Below are positions 19,457 through 26,574 of a stretch of 32,000 bases of DNA, in pieces (positions within the stretch are counted from its first letter, which is position 1; each line of letters begins with the position of its first letter). A program made the position numbers and the translations under genes. The notes beneath the pieces were generated by a model that was not told the origin of the DNA, did no database searches, and worked only from the letters and a program-made list of their open reading frames with translations. This DNA is from Vibrio vulnificus CMCP6 (GTDB lineage Bacteria > Pseudomonadota > Gammaproteobacteria > Enterobacterales > Vibrionaceae): NCBI RefSeq assembly GCF_000039765.1, contig NC_004459.3:3076104-3108103 (forward strand), written 5' to 3'.

Positions 19457-19958
19457 AATGTTTATTCCACTGTTTTTGATCTAATTTACCTCGAAATTTG
19501 ATCATTATTTCCCCATTAGGGTTTATTAAGTAGGTTTCTGGTGTGCCAATCACGCCAAAATCGATTGAGACGATCCCGTCTGGATCATAAATCACCTTGG
19601 AATAAGGGTTACCTTCACTCTCCAAATAGCCCAACGCTTCTTGCTTATTATCACGATAATTTAAGCCAATCACGTCAATACCCTGCTGTTTAAGCGACAT
19701 AATAAACGTATGTTCATCCCGACAAATCCCACACCAAGATGCCCAAACGTTCATCACACGGTATTGATCGGAAATAAGATCTTGCGTTGTGATCGTATTC
19801 GCCGAAAAAAGATCTTTTGCTTCAAGATTGGGCAAGGGAATCAGAGTGTCAGGCGTTGTGTGACCAGCATTTTGTCGTTCAATGCCCAAGACTGCGGTAA
19901 ACGTAACGATGCCGACGATGCTCACCAACACAAGCAACTTAGTAACTTTGTTGTTCAC
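19437..19958 (-). CDS. Periplasmic thiol:disulfide oxidoreductase, DsbE/CcmG-like (NrfX type)
   Basis: Thioredoxin motif WASWCGICRDEH plus the GVIGTPETYLI motif typical of CcmG/DsbE, with an N-terminal membrane anchor. I prefer the GTG at 19958 (MNNKVTKLLVLVSIV...), which is preceded by AAGGTGGAG. The track's start at 20021 lies inside nrfE. Confidence 0.85.
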   Translation of the reverse strand: MNNKVTKLLVLVSIVGIVTFTAVLGIERQNAGHTTPDTLIPLPNLEAKDLFSANTITTQDLISDQYRVMNVWASWCGICRDEHTFIMSLKQQGIDVIGLNYRDNKQEALGYLESEGNPYSKVIYDPDGIVSIDFGVIGTPETYLINPNGEIMIKFRGKLDQKQWNKHFATYFK

Positions 19959-21858
19959 AGTAGCGCTCCACCTTAACGCGTTGCTGAACTGGCTGTAATG
20001 CAGTGAACACCGCAGCAACAACCATCAAACCGCCTAGCCAGATCCACCAAATGTAAGCACGGTATTGGATCTTCAACGCATAGGCTTTAAGCCCGACTTT
20101 CTCACCCAGAGTCAGGTAGTAATCCCCATGCCAAAAAGACTTGATTGCGGGCTCTGTCATGTTCATGACCCTCACCGGGTAATGCCGTCTTTCAGGCAAC
20201 AATTGAAATTGCCTATCGGCAAGGATGAGTGAGACCGACGCTCGCTCAGCGGTGTAGTTTGGTCCAATGGACCAGTCAATTCCTTGATAACGAATGGAAA
20301 AGCCATCGAACTGATGGTACGAGTTAGGTTCCACACGAACATTTCGTTCAAACGAATGTTGGGCATTCATCATCGCGCCGAGGCACACCAATGCAATACC
20401 AATATGAGAAAGCACCATTGGCAGTTTTTGGCGCCTCTTTGTTGGTGGCATAACAAACAATAACCGAAGGTGGCTAACAATCACCCAGGTCGTAACACAC
20501 CAGAACAACAAAGTCATTGACGCCCATACCTGCACTTGCAGCAAATAGAGCATGGCACCGAGTACAGCGGAGACCACAAACTCCGTCAAAACGCGTTTGC
20601 GGCGCTGAAACAGGCCTTGCTGCCATTTTAGTAACGGCCCCCACCCCATTGCTAGCAGCCCTAAAAGGCTTAATGGCGCAATCATTGTATTGAAATACGG
20701 AGCGCCCACTGAGATGCTCCCAAGCCGCAGCAGCTCATAAATCATTGGGTAGAAGGTGCCAAGGAACACGGTACTGGTTGCGATCAGTAACAAACCCATC
20801 GCCACCAGCGTAAGGTATTGGCGACTTAGCCAATGGGTAATGCCTTTAGCGGGGATGCTATCGCTTTTGAGGATCAATAATGCAAAAGTGAGTAGAAAAA
20901 TGAACGCCATGACCAGCAAAAGTACAATACCTTTGGTTGGATCCACGGCAAACGCATGTACCGATGTCAAAATCCCCGAGCGGACAATAAAAGTACCGAG
21001 AACACTGAAACCGAAGGTCAAAAACGCGAGCATATAGCTGGATTTATTGACCCCACCTTGCCGCTTTGATTGAACAAGTGTGTGTAACAAGGCGGTTGCT
21101 GTTAACCAAGGTAGCAAAGAGGCATTTTCAACTGGATCCCAGAACCACCAACCTCCCCAGCCTAATTCATTGTATGCCCACCAGGAGCCGACAATAATGC
21201 CTAAGGTGAGAAAGCCCCACGCAACCATCGCCCAGTCACGGCCTGCCTGAAACCAATGATGGATGGCCGATGGCTGTAACAACGCCGCCACGCCCAACGC
21301 TAGGATAGAAGCGAAACCGACATAACCAAGGTACAGTAGCGGGGGATGCAAAATGAGCCCAACATCTTGCAACATTGGGTTGAGATCGCGTCCATCACTG
21401 GCCAGTGATGGCGCGTACTCGAATGGGTTCGAGGTTAACAGAGTAAACCACGCGAAAATGGCGGTCAGCATGAGCATTACCGCAATATAATCGGCTTTGT
21501 ACTGCGATGAGAACTCATCACGAGATCGAATCAAGCAAGCCCACAAACTTAAGGTGACGACCCAAAACAGCATCGAGCCTTGATGTCCTCCCCAACTTGC
21601 CGCAATTTTAAAGATCACGGGTAATTGGCTGTTGGAATGGCTTGCCACATAAGCCAATGCGAAATCATCGGCAACAAAAGCAAGAATCAGATACAACAAG
21701 GAAAAAGCAGAGCTGAGCGCCACTAAATACCCACAACCCAACATCAATGCGAGGGGTGTTTGCTTCGATAACAGTCGATTCATGGCGTGCAGTATCACTG
21801 CGAAACTACTGCCGACTGCCGCCAAAATCAGGCAAATTAGGCCCAGTTCTGCCTCCAT
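19939..21858 (-). CDS. nrfE: Heme lyase subunit NrfE (CcmF-like)
   Basis: A 639-aa polytopic membrane ORF with the Trp-rich heme-handling motif GWGGWWFWDPVENASLLPWL. Shine-Dalgarno GGAG upstream of the ATG. Confidence 0.92.
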   Translation of the reverse strand: MEAELGLICLILAAVGSSFAVILHAMNRLLSKQTPLALMLGCGYLVALSSAFSLLYLILAFVADDFALAYVASHSNSQLPVIFKIAASWGGHQGSMLFWVVTLSLWACLIRSRDEFSSQYKADYIAVMLMLTAIFAWFTLLTSNPFEYAPSLASDGRDLNPMLQDVGLILHPPLLYLGYVGFASILALGVAALLQPSAIHHWFQAGRDWAMVAWGFLTLGIIVGSWWAYNELGWGGWWFWDPVENASLLPWLTATALLHTLVQSKRQGGVNKSSYMLAFLTFGFSVLGTFIVRSGILTSVHAFAVDPTKGIVLLLVMAFIFLLTFALLILKSDSIPAKGITHWLSRQYLTLVAMGLLLIATSTVFLGTFYPMIYELLRLGSISVGAPYFNTMIAPLSLLGLLAMGWGPLLKWQQGLFQRRKRVLTEFVVSAVLGAMLYLLQVQVWASMTLLFWCVTTWVIVSHLRLLFVMPPTKRRQKLPMVLSHIGIALVCLGAMMNAQHSFERNVRVEPNSYHQFDGFSIRYQGIDWSIGPNYTAERASVSLILADRQFQLLPERRHYPVRVMNMTEPAIKSFWHGDYYLTLGEKVGLKAYALKIQYRAYIWWIWLGGLMVVAAVFTALQPVQQRVKVERYCEQQSY

Positions 21859-21871
21859 CTATACTCCTTAA

Positions 21872-22828
21872 TTAGACAACCGTCATCTGGCCGGCGTACA
21901 AAATAAACGTACGCAGCATCAAAACGCCAACCATGCTAAGTGTCGTGACCACAAAAATATAAGCATGTTTATGCCTCACTTCGGCTGGCACTAACCAGTT
22001 GAGTGTCAGCGGTAGCAACATACCAATCAGCACCACACCAACCCAAAACCACTGCGCCCAAAATCCACCAGAGATAGCATTCCAAGCAGCCATTTCCGCT
22101 TGTCCACCAGCAAAGATCAACCCGGTAAAGAAGGTGACCAATACAAACAACTCAAACAAGACCACAGGACGCTCAAAACCATGTACCCAACTGACACTTG
22201 GATCTTTTACTGACTCTTTAAACACCAAAATACCGAACATCAAACACGCTGCAGCGCCTGAAGACAAACTGGAGAAAAGAAACAGCAGTGGCAACACTGG
22301 ATTATTGAGCATCGGATAGGTTTTCAATGCAGACAGTAGGAACCCCGTATAAGCCGCGAGCACTAACGCCAAAAAGGCCAAAAACAACTCGATGCTGTTT
22401 TCAAAACGTTTGAACCAGGTCAACAAGCCATCAACAAAGGTCAACTTATCACCGAGAAAATCAACGATCGTTTTCTGAAAGATAATCCCAATCCAAACAA
22501 ACAACACAGCCATGTACACTTGGAAGAGAATAACCCCCATAGACATAACGGAAGTTGGATTGTAGAAAATCATGATCTTCCAAAACTCGAGAGGTTTGGT
22601 TAAGTGGAAAATCAAAATCGTTAAACCCGATATGATGCCAAACGGCGCCAGCCAAGCCATCGCTTTCATAATGCCATTTTGTGCAGGATCGCCGACAATC
22701 ACTTTGCGTTTTAAGTACACAGTGATCATCACCGCCCCGGCAGACATACCGGCAAGGAAAAGATAGATTGCAATGATCCAATCCCAGACCAGAGAATCAA
22801 AGTGGAATGCAGATTCAAATCCGTTCAT
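21872..22828 (-). CDS. nrfD: Nitrite reductase membrane quinol-oxidising subunit NrfD
   Basis: A 318-aa ORF, roughly 8-TM, NrfD/PsrC family. Its ATG lies 1 nt after the nrfC stop. The length equals that of E. coli NrfD as I remember it. Confidence 0.92.
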   Translation of the reverse strand: MNGFESAFHFDSLVWDWIIAIYLFLAGMSAGAVMITVYLKRKVIVGDPAQNGIMKAMAWLAPFGIISGLTILIFHLTKPLEFWKIMIFYNPTSVMSMGVILFQVYMAVLFVWIGIIFQKTIVDFLGDKLTFVDGLLTWFKRFENSIELFLAFLALVLAAYTGFLLSALKTYPMLNNPVLPLLFLFSSLSSGAAACLMFGILVFKESVKDPSVSWVHGFERPVVLFELFVLVTFFTGLIFAGGQAEMAAWNAISGGFWAQWFWVGVVLIGMLLPLTLNWLVPAEVRHKHAYIFVVTTLSMVGVLMLRTFILYAGQMTVV

Positions 22829-22829
22829 G

Positions 22830-23515
22830 CTACACCTCCCCTTTTTGATGTGGGATTTTGAATAATTTGGGTTTCGTGCCTAAGTGCACTTTGTCTCGGT
22901 AATAGACCTTCTCAGCCAATACTCGATTCACGTCACTTTGCGGATCATTTAAATCACCAAAAATCAGTGCCTTAGTTGGACAAGATTCCACACAGGCGGG
23001 TAGCTTGCCTTGCGCCAAATTGGTGTCTCGACAGAAATTGCATTTGTCGGCCGAGTGATCCACTGGGTTAAAGAAGCGCACTTGATAGGGACACGCGGCA
23101 AGGCAATAGCCGCAACCGACACATTTTTCTTTGTGGACATCCACGATGCCGGTTTTTTCATCTTTGTACGCCGCACCGGTAGGACAAACATAAACACAAG
23201 GTGGGTTTTCACAGTGTTGGCAAGATTTACGGGTGAAACGGTAATCGACATTCGGGTACTCACCGTGCGGCTCACTGCGTATGATCTCCAATCGACTTAC
23301 GCCTTCAGGGACTTTGTTCACCTCTCGGCAGGCATCGGTACAAGCCGTACATCCGATACAGGCGGTCTCGTCGTGGATCATGCCATAACGAATTGCTTGG
23401 CCCTTATCCTCTTCCGCAAATGCTAAGCGCCCAGTCACCATAGAAGTGCCAGCAATGCCGTTGTCATGATCAACGCGCCACCACCAGCAAGGAAATTTCG
23501 TCTTGAACAACTCAT
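22830..23515 (-). pseudogene. nrfC: 4Fe-4S ferredoxin-type subunit NrfC, reading frame disrupted within the Tat signal peptide region (frameshift or sequence error)
   Basis: The body (track ORF 22830..23510) has four Cys clusters: CIGCTACTDAC, CQHCENPPCVYVCP, CVGCGYCLAACP and CNFC...CVESCP. The twin-arginine signal MSCSRRNFLAGGGALIMTT... starts at ATG 23515 in a different frame and stops at 23435. The total span is 686 nt, which is 3n+2. Confidence 0.7.
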
Positions 23516-23516
23516 A

Positions 23517-24104
23517 TTACCTCTCCTCTTCTTTCTGGTTAAAGTCAGAGTGGCAATCCACACACATCTTGATTTTCTCTTTGCGCTCCAAGCCCAACAC
23601 TTTGGCTTTATTGGCATGAACATCATGACAATTCGAGCAGGTTAGATTTTTCGCATGCACATCATGGGTCCAACTGGCTTGTTGGAGATCCTGAGGTTGA
23701 TGACAATCGGTACAAGCACCATTGGCTTTCAGGATAGCACTGGTGTCCATGAACACTTTTTCCGTCCCTTCTTTCGATTGCGCTGGAGAGTATTTCGTAA
23801 CAAGTGGTGCGCCTTCCCGATGGTCTGGTCCAATGTTGTTGTGACATTCCGTACAATTGACTTCGCGACCGAGAATTTTATGCGCATCTTCACCATGAGA
23901 ACCGGACAACGTTTCCTTCGAGTCCTTATGACATTGAACGCATTTGTAATCACGGTCACGGATCAGTTCGACCTGGAATCGCGACGAGTCAGTGGCTTCT
24001 GTGGCTACAGAAGTGTCTGCTATCGCTGAGAATGAATAGCCATAGAAAGAGAATGCGAGAATAGATTTCAGCATTATGACTATGGCCAATTTTATATTGC
24101 CCAT
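23517..24104 (-). CDS. nrfB: Pentaheme cytochrome c NrfB
   Basis: A 195-aa ORF with a signal peptide and five CxxCH motifs (CVQCH, CTECH, CTDCH, CSNCH, CVDCH). Shine-Dalgarno AAGGAAAGGA upstream. Confidence 0.93.
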   Translation of the reverse strand: MGNIKLAIVIMLKSILAFSFYGYSFSAIADTSVATEATDSSRFQVELIRDRDYKCVQCHKDSKETLSGSHGEDAHKILGREVNCTECHNNIGPDHREGAPLVTKYSPAQSKEGTEKVFMDTSAILKANGACTDCHQPQDLQQASWTHDVHAKNLTCSNCHDVHANKAKVLGLERKEKIKMCVDCHSDFNQKEEER

Positions 24105-24206
24105 TTTATCCTTTCCTTATCCAAATAATAATTAAGAATCATTTTCAATTATTTCTTTGGTGATAAATTAATTCCTTCGAAATAACACGATTATTTCAAA
24201 TGACAT

Positions 24207-24236
24207 CAATTCTTATTTCGGAAAAGCCACAACGCT
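24207..24236 (+). repeat. Direct repeat copy R1 in the nrfB-nrfA intergenic region
   Basis: The sequence caattcttatttcggaaaagccacaacgct matches R2 (24491-24525) apart from small indels. The blocks caattcttattt, ggaaa and cacaacgct are identical. Confidence 0.8.
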
Positions 24237-24253
24237 ATACCTGTCAATTATCA

Positions 24254-24277
24254 TACCCCTACTACTCTTTAGTAGTA
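24254..24277. promoter_or_regulatory. NarL/NarP-like heptamers: TACCCCT overlapping a TACTACT-N4-AGTAGTA inverted repeat
   Basis: TACCCCT (24254-24260) fits the TACYYMT heptamer. TACTACT/AGTAGTA (24260-24277) is an exact 7-bp inverted repeat, but its 4-bp spacing is not the canonical 2 bp. It lies about 150-170 bp upstream of the nrfB start. Confidence 0.3.
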
Positions 24278-24363
24278 TCTATTTTTTGCTTAAAAAGCGA
24301 CCTTAGTCACTCATTTTCTGTTGTGAAATTTTGCTAAATCATTGAGTTAAAAAAGAATAAATC

Positions 24364-24379
24364 TACCCCTTTAGGGGTA
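24364..24379. promoter_or_regulatory. Perfect 7-2-7 NarP/NarL-type binding site
   Basis: TACCCCT-TT-AGGGGTA is an exact inverted pair of consensus TACYYMT heptamers with 2-bp spacing. This arrangement is bound by NarP and NarL at E. coli nrfA, nir and nap promoters. It lies 177 bp upstream of the nrfA start codon. Confidence 0.6.
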
Positions 24380-24392
24380 TATAGATCTTATC

Positions 24393-24406
24393 GTGATAGC
24401 GATCAC
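24393..24406. promoter_or_regulatory. Perfect palindrome GTGAT-AGCG-ATCAC (CRP/FNR-family-like operator)
   Basis: This is an exact 5-4-5 inverted repeat. It reads as GTGA-N6-TCAC (CRP core) or as a T-to-G variant of TTGAT-N4-ATCAA (FNR). Assignment is uncertain. Confidence 0.35.
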
Positions 24407-24415
24407 CTACCTAAA

Positions 24416-24429
24416 TTGATCTAAAGCAA
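24416..24429. promoter_or_regulatory. FNR-like box
   Basis: TTGAT-CTAA-AGCAA has one mismatch to TTGAT-N4-ATCAA. The -10-like hexamers CTAAAT (24455-24460) and TAATAT (24471-24476) lie downstream. nrfA promoters are FNR-dependent in E. coli. Confidence 0.45.
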
Positions 24430-24490
24430 TGAATAGATTTTCGCCAATTCTTTTCTAAATGTTACTGACCTAATATAAACATCAGATCTC

Positions 24491-24525
24491 CAATTCTTAT
24501 TTGGAAATAGCAAACTCACAACGCT
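24491..24525 (+). repeat. Direct repeat copy R2, within the probable nrfA leader
   Basis: The sequence caattcttatttggaaatagcaaactcacaacgct ends 30 nt upstream of the nrfA GTG. See R1. Confidence 0.8.
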
Positions 24526-24555
24526 GCTAATAAAAACGAATATGGAGATAACACC

Positions 24556-25980
24556 GTGAGCATAAAACACTGGATGGCTTCCTCAGTCTCAGTTACTGCC
24601 CTTGTGATGACAGCGTTGCTGAATATCACTGCAGTCTCTGCAGAAGAAAAAGGACTGGTTGATCCGCGTAACGACGCATTTGAACAAAATCACCCAGACC
24701 AATATCAATCTTGGAAAAAGACCTCTGAAAGCGTCGAAATTGAAGATGCCTTAGCAGAAGATCCAAATATGGTGATTCTCTGGGCTGGCTATGGCTTTGC
24801 TAAAGATTACAACAAAGCGCGCGGCCACTTTTACGCATTGGATGATGTCAGACAGACACTACGCACTGGCGGGCCTCAAGATGCGAAATCAGGCCCAATG
24901 CCAATGGCTTGTTGGAGCTGTAAAAGCCCAGATGTTGCCCGCGTCATTGATGAGCGTGGCGAAGATGGTTACTTTGAAGGTAAGTGGGCACGTTTAGGGG
25001 CGGAAATTGCTAATCCTATCGGCTGTGCTGATTGTCATGATACCCGAAGCGAGAAATTCAAAAATGGCGAACCTGAGCTAGCGCTGACCCGCCCTTATGT
25101 AGAACGCGCTTTCCAAGCGATCAACAAACCGTTTGAGCAGCAATCCCGCTTAGACAAACAAGCATCGGTTTGTGCTCAGTGCCACGTTGAATACTACTTT
25201 ACTGGCCCAACCAAAGCCGTCAAATTCCCTTGGGATATGGGCACTGGCGTACAACAAATGGAAGAGTACTATGACGCTCTAGGCTTTGCTGACTGGACGC
25301 ATGCGGTCTCGAAAGCACCCATGTTAAAAGCGCAGCACCCAGGTTTTGAGACATGGCGTGAAGGCATTCATGGCAAGAACAAAGTCGTCTGTGTGGACTG
25401 TCACATGCCAAAAGTGAAGAAAGAAGATGGTACCGTCTACACCGATCACAAAGTCGGTAATCCTTTCGACCGTTTCGAAGATACCTGTGCGCAGTGCCAC
25501 ACTCAGAGTAAAGATCAGCTACGTGAAATTGTCTCTACCCGCAAAGCGCAAGTATTGAACATGAAGTTGACTGCGGAAAAACAAATCGTTGCGGCTCACT
25601 TTGAAGCGGGTGCAGCGTGGAAAGCTGGCGCTACTGAAGAAGAAATGAAACCGATTTTGCAAGATATTCGTCACGCTCAATGGCGTTGGGACTACGCGAT
25701 TGCATCACACGGCGTCCATATGCACGCACCTGAAGTGGCACTTGAAGTGTTAGGTACTGCGGTCGATCGTGCAGCAGATGCCAGAACCAAGCTTGTTCGT
25801 CTCCTTGCTACAAAAGGCATCACCGAGCCAGTTCAAATTCCAGACATTTCCACCAAAGCCGCAGCACAAAAAGCACTCGGTATGGATATGGAGAAAATGA
25901 ACGCCGAGAAACAACACTTCTTAAAAACCGTTGTGCCTGACTGGGATAAAGCCGCAGCAGAACGTGAGTCTAAGTACTAA
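24556..25980 (+). CDS. nrfA: Pentaheme cytochrome c552 nitrite reductase NrfA (ammonia-forming)
   Basis: A 474-aa ORF with a signal peptide, the diagnostic Lys-ligated heme motif CWSCK, and four CxxCH motifs (CADCH, CAQCH, CVDCH, CAQCH). The GTG start is preceded by GGAGA 8 nt upstream. Confidence 0.97.
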   Translation: MSIKHWMASSVSVTALVMTALLNITAVSAEEKGLVDPRNDAFEQNHPDQYQSWKKTSESVEIEDALAEDPNMVILWAGYGFAKDYNKARGHFYALDDVRQTLRTGGPQDAKSGPMPMACWSCKSPDVARVIDERGEDGYFEGKWARLGAEIANPIGCADCHDTRSEKFKNGEPELALTRPYVERAFQAINKPFEQQSRLDKQASVCAQCHVEYYFTGPTKAVKFPWDMGTGVQQMEEYYDALGFADWTHAVSKAPMLKAQHPGFETWREGIHGKNKVVCVDCHMPKVKKEDGTVYTDHKVGNPFDRFEDTCAQCHTQSKDQLREIVSTRKAQVLNMKLTAEKQIVAAHFEAGAAWKAGATEEEMKPILQDIRHAQWRWDYAIASHGVHMHAPEVALEVLGTAVDRAADARTKLVRLLATKGITEPVQIPDISTKAAAQKALGMDMEKMNAEKQHFLKTVVPDWDKAAAERESKY

Positions 25981-25996
25981 CAAAGTACAATTAACC

Positions 25997-26030
25997 AAAA
26001 ACGTCAGCCTTCAGGCTGACGTTTTTATTT
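25997..26030. terminator. Bidirectional terminator between nrfA and the small minus-strand ORF
   Basis: aaaaACGTCAGCCttcaGGCTGACGTtttt, a 9-bp GC-rich stem with A and T flanks on both sides. Confidence 0.9.
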
Positions 26031-26042
26031 ATCGATTGTTGC

Positions 26043-26273
26043 TTATTCTGGTTTGAACATTTCAAACAAACCTGCGGCGTAAAAAGTTTCTGTCTGGATA
26101 TGCGCAATCATGAAAATCAAAAGAATCAACGAAAATCCATAGTTAAAACGATTGGTTACTTTGACTTTCGTAACCTCACATCCGTTACTGGCTGCTTTTA
26201 ATCCAACTAAAGCAAACGGATAAGCAATGAGCATTGCCATAATGATCGTAAGATAGGTTGAGAGTAATTCCAT
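26043..26273 (-). CDS. Hypothetical 76-aa two-TM membrane protein
   Basis: The ATG at 26273 is preceded by a strong Shine-Dalgarno (GGGAGGTG, about 7 nt upstream). The sequence is MELLSTYLTIIMAMLIAYPFALVGL...FSLILLIFMIAHI..., with two hydrophobic helices. It ends just before the bidirectional terminator. The track's longer 110-aa version has no Shine-Dalgarno support. Confidence 0.6.
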   Translation of the reverse strand: MELLSTYLTIIMAMLIAYPFALVGLKAASNGCEVTKVKVTNRFNYGFSLILLIFMIAHIQTETFYAAGLFEMFKPE

Positions 26274-26574
26274 CCTGGTCACCTCCCTATAAGAATACTT
26301 CCATATATACCTTAAACAGTACCCTAGCAGCTTAGCGTTACAGTTCGCGTTCAGGCCATCTGTTAAACACAGCAAACTCTTTGCTTAGAGTGAGTAAGCC
26401 AAACAACAACGTTTCTGACGCTTGTGCCAAGGAGTTACCTGAGGAGGATAGCAGAGTTGGTTAGGAAAATGGTCATATGGCAGCACTCAGTTTCAAAAAT
26501 ACCGAAACGCATCCCATGTTTGGCAACATTTACTTGAACAACGCTAATTAATGTATTGCTTAGCCACAATACGC

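Noticed and set aside
23516-23626. N-terminal 37 codons of track ORF 23435..23626 (MMFMPIKPKCWAW...)
   Set aside because: This part is an alternative frame of the nrfB 3' end. Only the last 27 codons, from ATG 23515 (MSCSRRNFL...), are meaningful, as the NrfC Tat signal.
23655-24029. 124-aa plus-strand ORF antisense to nrfB, and other nrfB/nrfC/nrfD shadow ORFs
   Set aside because: They are embedded in strongly supported heme and Fe-S protein genes, and they carry no independent signals.
26376-26574. Mini-ORFs on the plus strand between nrfG and the small membrane ORF (e.g. MAALSFKNTETHPMFGNIYLNNAN)
   Set aside because: They are only 22-24 codons long and lie on the strand opposite to the surrounding transcription. 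I recognise no family and no terminator or promoter context. This may be a gene remnant, but that is unsupported.
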